Source: Leucoraja erinacea
Lineage: Eukaryota
DNA length: 64,000 nucleotides
Assembly: GCF_028641065.1 (NCBI RefSeq)
Contig: NC_073384.1
Coordinates: 29,698,001 to 29,762,000, forward strand
Direction: 5' to 3'
A model generated the notes under the pieces. It searched no databases. It saw nothing but the letters and a program-made list of their open reading frames with translations, and was not told where the DNA came from. A program made the position numbers and the translations under genes. This document shows, in pieces, positions 52,910 through 64,000 of the stretch. Position 1 is the stretch's first letter, and the number at the start of each line of letters is the position of its first letter.

Positions 52910-54445
52910 CAGGGCCGGCCCTAGGCCGATTGGACCGATTTTTCCAAATTGGGTCCCGTGTTAATTTTCCGTATTTCATATGGAAATACAAATTTGCTTT
53001 GTTAAATAAAGATTTTTAAAAAAACATTCGCCATACGGATTTTTTTACAAGACTTACATGGTTTTGTACATGGAATACAAGCGCTGTACGGCTATCAGAC
53101 ACAAACAATGTGTTAACGACCGTAGCACTTGTGTTGACAAGTAGTTATCCAATGCGTCATCAATGCATGGATCCCCATTCCTCAGTAAATGTGTAATTGT
53201 GTTTTAGAGGAAGTATTAATGCACTGCGTTCTGGAAGGGGAAGAGTCCTGGCCCGTGGCGGCTCCTGATTAGTGATATGTTCCCTCCGCGGGTGCTGCCT
53301 TGCCCGCTGAGTTTCTCCAGCATTCTGTGTTTTTTGTTTGGCTCTGAAGTTGAAGGTGGACCCCCCTGTGTCTACTTTCAACTCCCTGTCTGTGGTGGCT
53401 CAGCGGGACGGTCAGGGGCTCTGGGGAGAGGGGTGCGTTTCTGGTCGAGACCCTTCTTCAGACAATCACAAGTACTCTCACCGACGAGAGTTCAGTTCAG
53501 TCTGAAGAAGGGTCTTCTCTCCAGAGTCGCTGCGCTGCCTGTCCTGCTGAGCTACTCCAGCTTTTGTCTATCTTCAATTTCAGAGTTAGATAAAATTGCA
53601 GACTTGATTTTAAAAATCTCAAAATTTTGTAACATTGCTAGAAAATGTACCTGCATCTTAGAGGCCGAAGGTTAGGTTGTTAGCCAAGAAGGATAGACTT
53701 TGTTATCCCTCAGTACAGCAACATCAAAATGATGTTGCTGTACTGAGGTATAGCCAAGTCTATCCCTCATTGCTAGCAGCTGATGGGAAGCGGCTGTAAA
53801 GTGATTGCATTCAGGCCCCGCCACAGCTGCCGAACACCTGTCTCATCCTCCAGTTTCGAGCAGAAGTCCCTTTTGACCTTTTTGATGGCCTTACCAAGGT
53901 CGTATCTGGACTTCATGTAGGCCACTGTATCCATGTGTCAGTGCGAGTAACCTCAATTGATCCCTTGTTCGCGGTGACACAGGAGTAAGCTCCAACGCCC
54001 GCCGTGATATTATCTATCACCCGCTGACCCACTCCACTCTATGATCTTCCTCTTGAGCTGGTCTCCTCACTATTCAGACGGAGAGCACTGCCAGCGGTGA
54101 GCGGGCTGGCAGAAGGCGCTGAGATGGCAGTCAGTTCCGCTGGCCGGTGATGGAGGCCGCTCGTAGCCACACGAGCTGCTTCCCTCCCCGACAACAATGT
54201 GGTGGCGCCCGGAGCGCCGTGGCAGCGGTGAGTGAGTGTTACTGGCATGAACCCGACCCCCTCCTTCTCAATGCTCATTCCCTGCTCGCAACTTTACCCC
54301 TGGCTAGACTCCCCACACGCTGTGAAAGGAACTCTCACCCGAATTGTCATGTTACTCACGACACACGACTCATTTATAATTATTTATTTATATTTCTACT
54401 AAAATTTTTCCCAATTGGGCCCCGCACCTCCTAAGGCCGGCCCTG
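52910..54445. mobile_element. Non-autonomous hAT element with perfect 8-bp TSD
   Basis: TIR CAGGGCCGGCC(C/T)TAGG; TSD GTGACAGA at 52902-52909 and 54446-54453. Carries Penelope repeat pieces (53290-53580) and a Rex1-like fragment (minus, KSRYDLGKAIKK...LWRGL, ~53805-53915). Confidence 0.92.
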
Positions 54446-55799
54446 GTGACAGAGATATTTGCAGGGGAATGTGTGAGGAGATTATTATTTGTCTTTAGTT
54501 TTAGCTTGAACCAGGACATTTGAAGATTCAAAGTTTAATATAGTAATTGTACGGATACTGACCCCAACCAACCACGTGATGAATATCATCCATTCTGGAG
54601 GTTTGACTTTTATGATGCCATTTAAACTTCACTTGGATTTCAATCACTTCAATGTAAAAGTAATTGGGAATGGGGAGCATTGGAACAAAAAATTGACCTC
54701 GGTACATATTAAATGTAATATAATAATGTATGCATGTTGGTAGGTGCAATCAAAACAAAGATCTTTTTATCATTGTTGTATTATGAATACCACAGAAAAT
54801 ATTATGTATTTTCAAGATCACATTTAATAGAATAATATTGCTTAAATATATAGTTATTGGACTTTGTATTTCAGAAAAATCCCAGCTGAGAGGAAGACAG
54901 CAAAATACTGAAACTATTGGGGGTGAAAATGACTTCAGGACAGTTTGTTAGGAAAATGAAAGAAATGGTAATGGAATACTTATACAGCTGAGTGAGTATA
55001 ATTTTATGGATGATAAATTGTGTTCAACCAATTGATTACTTATTTGACAAAGTAACTAGCATGTTAGATAACAAGGAAGCCAATGGATGTAGCAAATTTT
55101 GTTATAGATAATTTGGTCTGTGAAGTGCCCCATAAAAGATTACTGCATTAGATAAGAACCTGTGGACTTGAACGTAATAGGTTAAGTCCAGGGGATCAGA
55201 TATGGGGCTTTATGTGAGGTCCAGATATATTGTCAGTGCAGAGGGGCTAGGAGCAAGGCCAAGTGTGCATCCAGAGTCAAGGTCTGGAATAGTCACCCCG
55301 CGCGTGCTGGATTTGGCGTGCGGCTGCTCCGTGCCCACGGGGAGGTAGAAGAGAGCAACCTGGGGCAAGGACTAGGCCTCGGCATCGGCCTTCCCCTCCC
55401 CCAGCTCCAGGCCGCTCGGCGCCTCCCCCCCACCCCCGATAGCCCCCGCCTCAGTGTGGAATTTTGCCATGGGGGACGGGCCCAACAGGTCCGCACTTGG
55501 TCTAGTATAACAATAAAATTCTCTTGACTTGCCTTTACGCCCGACCTCAAGCACGGCCGAAGATAGACATACATAAGCTGGAGTATCTCAGCAGGACAGG
55601 CAGCATCTTTGGAGCGAGGGAATGGGTGACGTTTTGGGTCGAGATGCTTCTCCAGATAGAGAGTTCCTGGGAGAGGTAAACTAGAAATATGGAAGGGTAA
55701 GGCATGAAAAGGACAGATCAAAGCAGATGCTGTTCAAGGAAATGTAGAATGGTTCATTGTTGGCTGAGGGGAAGGTAACAACGAGTCATACAAACAGTA

Positions 55800-57252
55800 G
55801 AGTCAGTCATAGAGTGATACAATGTGGAAACAGACCCTTCAGCCCAACTTGCCCACACCGGCCAACATGTCCCAGCTGCACTAGTCTCACATGCCTGCGT
55901 TTGGTCCATATCCCTCCAAACCTGTCCTATCCATGTACCTATCTGTTTCTTAAACGTTGGGATAATCCCAGCCTCAACTACCTCCTCTGGCAGCTTGTTC
56001 CATACACCCACCACCCTTTGTGTGAAAAGGTTACCCCTCGGATTCCTATTAAATCTTTTCCCCTTTACCTTGATCCTATCTCCTCTGATCCTCGATTCCC
56101 CTACTCTGGGCAAGAGATTCTCAAAGTCAAAGTATCCTTTATTGTCATTCAGACCTTTCGGTCTGAACAAAATTTTGTGCCTTGCAGTCATACATATAAT
56201 AAAAATAACAAAAGCACACAATAAGCACAAATTTAACATCCACCACAGTGAGTTCACCAGGCACCTCCTCACTGTGATGGAAGGCAAAAGTCTTAAAGTC
56301 TTTGTCTCTTCCTCCCTTGTTCTGCTTCTGCGCTGAGGCGATCCAGGCCTCCGATGTTGTGACCCCGCCGGGTGATGGTAAGTAAGTCAGTCCCGCGGCT
56401 GCATCCGAGCTCCGCGAACGGGCCGGTTCAAACTCCGCCGCACGGGGAGCGGTCAAAGCTGCCGAAGCTGCCGCCCGCCAGTCCAGCGGAGGAAGCTGTT
56501 GTTGCGGGAGCTACGGAAAAACAGGTCACCAACCTGTGACCTGCGAGCACCCGACGATGTCGTCCACTGGGCCCGCGGCCGAGCCTCCAAAGTTGGGCTG
56601 CCGCCGCTGGAACGCTGCCCCAGCCCCGACGCCGCCGGAACGCCGCCACAGCTCCAAAGTCGGGTCGCCACCACCGGAACGCCGGAAATCCGCCACAGCT
56701 CCGAAGTCGGGCCGCCGGAACGCCGCCATTGCTCCGAAGTCGGGTCCGCCGCGGGAACGCCGCCACAGTCCCGAGGCCGCCAGCTCCACCATTAGGCCTC
56801 GACGGAGACGGGGGACACGACAAGAAAAAGTTGCATCCCCCCCCGAAGGAAGAGACTAAAACCATGTTTCTCCCACCCATACACAACCTAATAAACTAAA
56901 TTTAACTAAAACAGACAAAATAAAACAACACCAAAAAGAAAAAACAGACGGACTGCAGACGAGCCACAGCTGCCAGGCAGCGCCGCCACTTCCGGTCTAT
57001 TCTGTCCATCTACCTGATTTATTCCTCTCATGATTTTATACACCTCTATAAGATAACCCCTCATCCTCCTGCGTTCCATGGAATAGAGACCCAGCCTACT
57101 CAACCTCTCCCTATAGCTCACACTCCCTATAGCTCACACTCCCTATAGCTCACACCCTCTAATCCTGGTACCATCCTCCAAAATCTTCTCTGAACCCTTT
57201 CAAGTTTGACAATATCTTTCCTATAACATGGTGCCCAGAACTGACCACAATA
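55800..57252 (-). mobile_element. CR1 3' fragment split by a GC-rich non-autonomous element (56122-56998)
   Basis: Matches 5980-6466 in reverse. The insert is flanked by ATTCT, starts (minus) ACCGGAAGTGGCGGCG, has ~33-bp internal repeats and ends AATAAAGGATACTTTGACTTTG. Confidence 0.85.
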
Positions 57253-57384
57253 ATAAAATTAATTAGGACAGTGAAACTAGTAGGAGAACTAGGATGGGGG
57301 AGGGACTGAGAGAGGGAAAGCAAAGGTTACTTGAAGTTAGAGAAATCAACATTCATACTGCTGGGTTGTCAGCAGCCCAAGAAA

Positions 57385-58025
57385 GACCGGGCAGTTGTCG
57401 AGGTCACGTGGGCAGAGTGGTTGTTCGGGAACGCGCATCCACCGCAACCCCCGCCCCCTCCCTCGCGATCCATGCGGACGGAGTGATGTCACGGGGCATG
57501 GGGCGTGAACGCAACGCTGGCACGTCGGCAGTTGGCATGCATGCGCGCGCGCGCGCGCGCTCCCGCCGCTGGGGGACGGACGGACTGACGGAGCGAGCGA
57601 CGGGAGGTCCGATTGCCGCGGCCATGGCGGCTCCCTTGGCGCAGTTCGACGAGGATTGGCAGGATTTCTACGAGTTCAAGGCGCCCTCTGGCAATTTCAA
57701 ACTGGACCAGGTAAACTCCAACGGTGTCCCGGCTCCGGCCGGCGTCCCCGGAACGCTGGAGCAGAGCCTGGAAGATTTCGCCGAGCTTGACAACTTCTCC
57801 GCCGAGATAGTCAGCTTCAAATCGATGGAGGATCTGGTCAATGACTTCGACGAGAAGCTAACCGTGTGCTTCCGCAACTACAACACCAACACGGAAAACA
57901 TTGCTCCGGTCAAACCCATCTCCGAAGAGAGCATAATGAGAGACGACGAGTGAGTGCGGGGCGGGGATCGCGAAAGGGTCCGGGTCCGGGAATGTGTGTC
58001 GGGGCGGGGGAGGTTCTCGGTGATC
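57385..58025 (+). promoter_or_regulatory. FEZ2: CpG island / FEZ2 promoter and exon 1
   Basis: High CpG density; E-box GTCACGTG at 57403, GC box ~57448, (GC)n run 57535-57560, Kozak GCCATGG. Confidence 0.8.
57624..57949 (+). CDS. FEZ2: Fasciculation and elongation protein zeta (UNC-76 family), first coding exon
   Basis: MAAPLAQFDEDWQDFYEF...KSMEDLVNDFDEKLTVCFRNY...PISEESIMRDDE; Kozak ATG at 57624; phase-2 GTGAGT donor at 57950. DWQDFYEF and linkage to SULT6B1 favour FEZ2 over FEZ1. Confidence 0.88.
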
Positions 58026-59639
58026 CGTTGTTGCATCCATCCAGTGAATCTGCATTGATGCAAACTTTGTCCTCGACACTTTGTGGTCCTGTCTTTCAGT
58101 GCAACATCACCGGTGGACTATAGGTCCATGCTTGAAATGTCAGTTTCCCTTCTGCAGATCTTTTCCATGTGATGAGAGAATGTTTAATTATAATAATTCA
58201 CTTTTCAAGCAGGTCAGTATGTTTTGCAGAATACATACTTCTCATCGGAACATGAAACTTTTTATGCAAGGTCATTTGCTGCCTACAATGTGAAAAAAGA
58301 ACATTGATCATACTGGATTTGTTATGGGCTTACATGATATGTCATATTGGCAGAAACATAGAAACAAACGTAGAGGGATACAGTACAGAAACAGGCCCTT
58401 CGGCCCACTGAGTGTATCATCCATCCATTTACACTAATCCAACATTAATCCATAAAACATTTTTATATTGTCCCCTCATACTAATCGATTCACCACAAAT
58501 TCTACCATTCACTTAGACACTAGGAGCCACTTGACAATGGTCAAGTGACGGACTAATCTTTGCAGTGTGGCAGGAAACTGGAGCAACCAGATGCATCCCA
58601 CAGTCATCGGTGTCTAGCTGCAGAATATAAATCTATGATATACACAAAATGCTGGAGTAACTCAGCGGAACAGGAAGCATCTCTGGAGAGAAGGAATGGG
58701 TGGCGTTTCGGGCAGAGACCCTTCTTCAGATGGGTGCGAACATTGTTTCCTCATAGAACTGTAGACGTGGTGCTGCATAGAGATCATCTGGGTGGGTAGC
58801 TAGCCCAGATAAATTATTGTAAGAAAAATAAAAACAAAGTGTTGGAAATATTCAGATATTCAAATATTCAACAAAATATTCAACCTCTATAAAGGGAAGT
58901 AGTGGTAAGATTTCAGGTCAATGACTGTTCATCAGAACTCACCTGAGTATTTCCAGTCATTTCTGTCTTTATTAAACATTTTCATCTTTTTGTTTCATTC
59001 AGTATGCCAAATTCTGTTTGTAAGAAATCCTTTGAGATTCTATGCAATAATGTTTACAATGAATTGTATATTGGAACCAATCTTCGCTTCCGTTATTTTT
59101 AATATTTTAAAATCATATTTTTTTTGTTCATCTTTATCTTTGCTGTTGTAGAGATGTGAATAACATTCTGTGCATGTCATAGCTTACATTTTTCTAAATT
59201 ACTCAATCCATGTCTTTCATTAGTAAAGATGCAAATATGGTAACCGATTTATACAGTCAGAGTGAGGTATTGAATGAGTTTCATTGATTTTAGAAACATA
59301 GAAAATAGGTGCAGGAGTAGGCCATTCGGCCCTTCGAGCCTGCACCGCCATTCAATATGATCATGGCTGAACATTTTCAAACCATATTGTGAGTTACCTC
59401 TTTACTAAGTTCTCAAGTACAACACTTTGTTCCTGTTTTGACCCTGCTCATTTTTCTTAGCACCAAATACTGCTTAAATAATTCAGTAAAGGTGGTTTGC
59501 TTGTTCTGCCTTATTTAAGTAAGTTCCGGCAAGGTAGTAGTACAAGTTCAGTGCACAAATTACACATTTAAGAGAAATCTATCCGGTAGTCGTGTTAATG
59601 TGATTAGTGGTACCAAAGTCAGTTAAGGGTCAATGTGGA

Positions 59640-61435
59640 GGAACTAGGTTTATGGCAGATGCAGGTTTATACCAAATAAATAAACAAAATTGTGGAGTAA
59701 CTCAGGCTAGGCAGCATTCCTGGATGACATGGATAGGTGATGTGTCGGGTTGGGACCCTTCTTCAGACTATTTACGGGGGGTGGGAGGGGAAAGCTAGAA
59801 GAGAGGAGGGGCAGGACAGAGAATGGCCGGGAATAGGTGAACAGGGGCAGGGGGGAAGGGGGGGGGGGGGGGTTTGATAGGCAGATTGTTGGAAAAAAGC
59901 CAAAGATAAAAGAGACAGATGTGAGCCCAAAAGGACAGATATGTGCATTATGGAGGTTGAAGGTTTTGAATTTTGTGGAAGGAATGCAGGCGCAGGGGGA
60001 TGAGAGAAACAGCCAGGGTTCAGGGAAAGGGAGTGGAGGGAAGGATCTTACAGGAGAAAGGAGAGGGGGCAGGGGATTATTTGTGGGATAGTAGTTACCT
60101 AAAATTGGACAATTCAATGTTCATATCGTAGGGTTGTAAACTACTCAAGTAGAACACAAATTTCTGTTTGTTCAGTTTGTGTGGGGCCCCACTCTGGCAA
60201 TGGAGGAGGCCCAGGACAGAACAGTCACTATGGGAATGGGAAGGGGTTCTTAAAATGGTTAGCGATCGGGAGATCCAATAGGCCTTGGTGGGCCGAGTGT
60301 AACTGTTCGGCAAAGCAATTGGCAAGTCTACACATGATCTCGCCGATGTACAAGAGGCCACATCAGGAACATCGGATGCAGAAGATGAAGTTAGAGGAGG
60401 TGCATGTGAACATCTGTCTCAACTGGAAGGATTACTGGGGTCCCTGGATGGGGGCGACGGATTAGGTATAGGGACATGAGCTGCATCACCTGTGGTTGTA
60501 AGGGAAAGTAACATCTGTACATCAGTGTCACATCTTCCCATCTCTACCCCATTCCACCTTCCATAGAGATCGCTCACTCGGCAACTCCTTTGTTCATTCA
60601 TCACTTCCCACCCAAACCATCTCCTCCCCAGGTACTTTCCAATACCCCATCCAGTGTTCCCAAAATGGCCTTGTTCTTTGGTAAACATGGTTTCCCCCCT
60701 TAGATGAATCCTTCACCCGTGTCTCCTCTGTGTCCTATAGTTCTACTCTGCTCTTGCTCGCCTTCTCTTAAACGGAACAAGGATAGAGTTCCCCTGGTCC
60801 TTGCCTTTCACTCCACCAGCCTCTGCATCCAGCACATCATTCTCTAACATTTCCATCACCTCCAACATGATCTCGCCACCAGTTGCATCTTTTCATCCGC
60901 ATAATTTCCACCTTCTGCAGAGACCGCTGCCTCTTCAACTCCTTGGTTCACACATCTCATCTCATCTAATCCCACCTGAACCACTCCTCCCTCATGTACT
61001 TTCCCCTATAACCACAAGCGATGTACACCAATTCTCTTCCTAATCCCATACCGATCTTTCTCTCCTGGGCCTTCTTCTTCGCACACAAACTGGAGGAACA
61101 ACACCTCACATTCCGTTTGGGTAGCTTCCAATGGTATGAATTTTAGGTAACAACAAAAACTTCTCTACCTTTTCCCCCCCCTCCCCTCCCAAACCCCCCC
61201 CTCCATTCACCTGTGCCCCACCTGGACTCTCACCTATTTCAGCGATTATCTCTGGCCTTTGTACACCATCTGCCTACCTCACCAGTATTAACGTATTGCC
61301 TGCAGGCTTTGTCCTGCCCCTCCTCTCGTCCACCTTTCTTATTCTACCCCCTCTCATCCCTACATTAAGTCTGAAGAAGGGTCCTGACCCAAAACGTCCC
61401 CTATCCATGATCTCTAGAGATACTGCCTGACCGAA
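59640..61435. mobile_element. Oppositely oriented Penelope fragments (minus ~59640-60500; plus ~60520-61435) in FEZ2 intron 1
   Basis: Terminal repeat + GIY-YIG end on minus; VPLVL and KLEEQHL.FRLG + terminal repeat on plus. Confidence 0.75.
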
Positions 61436-62006
61436 CAGTGGCAGTTCTTGAGCTATGGGTATACACACAATACTACATTTAAAGAGATGGACAAGTTCTT
61501 TCATTTTATTTGACCATCTTAATTTCTTTATACTTTTTTTAAATAATGAAAAAGATATATTGTAGAAAGAAGGCTGATGATAATTATGATTGCAATAAAT
61601 TTCATGAATGCATTTGTGATACCTATAGAGCATAACTTTCCCTGCAATAATTTTCTGGGGAAAAGCATGAGATCTTGGGAGAAGCATCACATGAGAATGG
61701 ATGCAGATATGCTTTATTTGAAGAATTGCCAGCTGGTGGGGTACTGTATTGGCATTCCTTATTTGGCATATGCTTGGATTAATTGAAGTCAACAAGATGT
61801 CTCCCCCGTTCCAATTAAAGTGTGACATGGGGAGAAGAATTAAGAGTTTTCAGATTTTAAAAAAAAAGTAAAATTAATTGCTGTGATCAAAAAGAGTGGA
61901 CCCTTCAGGAGTTTAATTGAAGAGATAATTACTATTCAGAAAATAGACACAAAAAGTTGGAGTAACTCCGCGGGTCAGGCAGCATCTCTGGAGAGAAGGA
62001 ATGGGT

Positions 62007-62034
62007 GACGTTTCAGGTCGAGACCCTTCTTCAG
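62007..62034 (-). ncRNA. Minimal hammerhead ribozyme core, intact, in a Penelope terminal repeat
   Basis: Minus strand CUGAAGA-A-GGGUC(UC)GACCU-GAAA-CGUC with GUC triplet. Confidence 0.7.
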
Positions 62035-62096
62035 ACTGAAAGTCACGGGAAAGGGAAATGAGAGACAATGACGATGATGTCGAGAGATAAAGAACA

Positions 62097-63810
62097 ATAG
62101 ACAATAGGTGCAGGAGTAGGCCATTCGGCCCTTCGAGCCAGCACTGCCATTCAATGTGATCATGGCTGATCATTCCCAATCAGTACCCCGTTCCTGCCTT
62201 CTCCCCATATCCCTTGACTCCGCTATTTTTAAGAGCCCTATCTAGCTCTCTCTTGAAAGCATCCAGAGAACCTGTCTCCACCGCCCACTGAGGCAGAGAA
62301 TTCCTCGTCTCAGTTCCAAATGGCTTACTCCTTATTCTTAAACTGTGGCCCCTGGTTCTGGTCTCCCCCAACATCGGGAACATGTTTCCTACCTCTAGCG
62401 TGTCCAAACCCTTAACAATCTTAAATGTTTCAATGAGGTATCCTCTCATCCTTCTAAACTCCAGAGTGTAAAAGCCCAGCTGCTCCATTCTCTCAGCATA
62501 TGACAGTCCCGCCATCCCGGGAATTAACCTTGTAAACCTACGCTGCACTCCCTCAATAGCAAAAATGTCCTTCCTCAAATTAGGGGACCAAAACTGCACA
62601 GATTACTACAGGTGTGGACTCACTAGGGCTCTGTACAACTGCAGAAGGACTTATTTGCTCCTATATTCTATTCCTCTTGTTATAAAGGCCAACATGCCAT
62701 TCGCTTTCTTCACTGCCTGCTGTACCTGCATGCTTACTTTCATAGACTGATGTACAAGGATCCCCAGATCCCATTGTACTTCCCCTTTTCCCAACTTGAC
62801 GCCATTTAGATAGTAATCAACCTTCCTGTTTTTGCTACCAAAGTGGATAACCTCACATTTATCTGCATTAAACTTCATCTGCCATGCATCTGCCCACTCC
62901 CCCAACCTGTCCAAGTCACCTTGCATTCTCATAGCATCCTCCTCCCAGTTCACACTGCCACCCAGCTTTCTGTCATCTACAAATTTGCTAATGTTACTTT
63001 GAATCCCTTCATCCAAATCATTGATGTATATTGTAAATAGCTGCGGTCCCAGCACCGAGCCTTGCGGTACCCCACTAGTCACTGCCTGCCATTCTGAAAG
63101 GGACCCGTTAATCCCTACTCTTTGTTTCTTGTCTGCCAACCACTTCTCTATCCATGTCAGCACTCTACCCCCAATACCATGTGCCCTAACTTTGCCCACT
63201 AATCTCCTATGTGGGACCTTATCAAATGATTTCTGAAAGTCCAGGTACACTACATCCACTGGCTCTCCATTGTCCATTTTCCTAGTTACACCTTCAAAAA
63301 ATTCCAGAAGATTAGTTGAGCATGATTTCCCCTTCGTAAAGCCATGCTGACTCGAAACGATCCTGTTACTGCTATCCAAATTTTTGGCTATCTCATCTTT
63401 TATAATTGACTCCAGCATCTTCCTCACCACCGATGTCAGGATAACTGGTCTATAGTTCCCTGTTTTCATCTCCCGCCTTTCTCAAAACGTGGGATAACAT
63501 TAGCTATCCTCCAATCCACAGGAACAGATCCTTAGTCTATAGAACATTGGAAATTATCACCAATACATCCACGATTTCTAGAGCCACTTCCTTAAGTACC
63601 CTGGGATGCAGACCATCAGGCCCTGGGGATTTATCAGCCTTCAGTCCCATCAGTCTATCCAACACCATTTCCTGCCTAATGTGGATTTACTTCAGTTCCT
63701 CTGTCACCACAGATCCTCTAGCCACTACTATATCAGGAAGATTGTTTGTGTCCTCCTTAGTGAAGAACCGATCCAAAGTACCTGTTCAGACAGATCCAAA
63801 GTACCTGTTC
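62097..63810 (-). mobile_element. 5'-truncated CR1 LINE (RT domain + 3' end) inserted into a Penelope element (61943-62096 and 63811-64000)
   Basis: NYRPV.LTS, QHGF, DFQK.FDKV, GVPQGSVLGP, FVDD. The flanks rejoin to match the uninterrupted copy at 28385-28640. Confidence 0.95.
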
Positions 63811-64000
63811 ATGAATGAATGAAAGATAAGCAGAAAAGTAACGATGACAAAGGAATCATGCCATTGTTAGCTGTTTGTTGGGTGAAAACGAGAAGCTGGT
63901 GTGACTTGGGAGGGGGAGGAATAGAGAGAAGGAATGCCAGGGTTACATGAAGTTTGAGAAATCAATATTCATACCACTGGGCTAGAAGCTGCCCAAGCGA

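Larger units (their letters stand above)
48828..55505 (+). mobile_element. Composite non-autonomous Helitron-like element H4 (outer), containing nested H3
   Basis: 5' TCTATATA[H3]TATATTACTAAAACTCTCATC; 3' CGGGCC-CAACA-GGTCCG hairpin + CACTTGGTCTAG|T. The flanks rejoin into one LINE tail (…TTTGGTATA|TATAACAATAAAATTCTCTTGACTTG). Confidence 0.7.

Noticed and set aside
57294-57623. 110-aa N-terminal extension of the FEZ ORF
   Set aside because: Its ATG lies in a Penelope fragment; homology and Kozak context start at 57624.

Overview
Vertebrate nuclear DNA, very probably a cartilaginous fish (skate or ray). That is an inference from the repeat mix: an HE1/V-SINE, abundant CR1 and Penelope elements, and DeuSINE relics. 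Two host genes are visible, both on +. The last five coding exons of a SULT6B1-type cytosolic sulfotransferase run 2543-11252, with all splice sites and phases consistent. Coding exon 1 of FEZ2 lies at 57624-57949 in a CpG island. Most other ORFs are transposon fragments or low-complexity artefacts. The ~46 kb between the genes is a layered TE landscape: CR1 LINEs, Penelope elements, one decayed Gypsy LTR element with a tRNA-Trp PBS, hAT, Harbinger and Tc1/pogo non-autonomous elements, an internally deleted L1, and two assembly gaps. Three structures not shown by the ORF track stand out. (1) A family of non-autonomous Helitron-like elements (5' TC, 3' hairpin + CTAG, A^T target, no TSD). One is a nested 6.7-kb composite carrying captured DNA, and another carries a correctly spaced CCAAT/TATA/Inr promoter. 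(2) Many Penelope terminal-repeat copies carrying a minimal hammerhead-ribozyme core, several arranged as short TSD-flanked foldbacks whose inversion point lies in the ribozyme stem. (3) A FEZ2 N-terminus that keeps the FEZ1-type KSMEDL block. Comparisons with human proteins, gene order and repeat consensuses are from memory and need confirmation by search.
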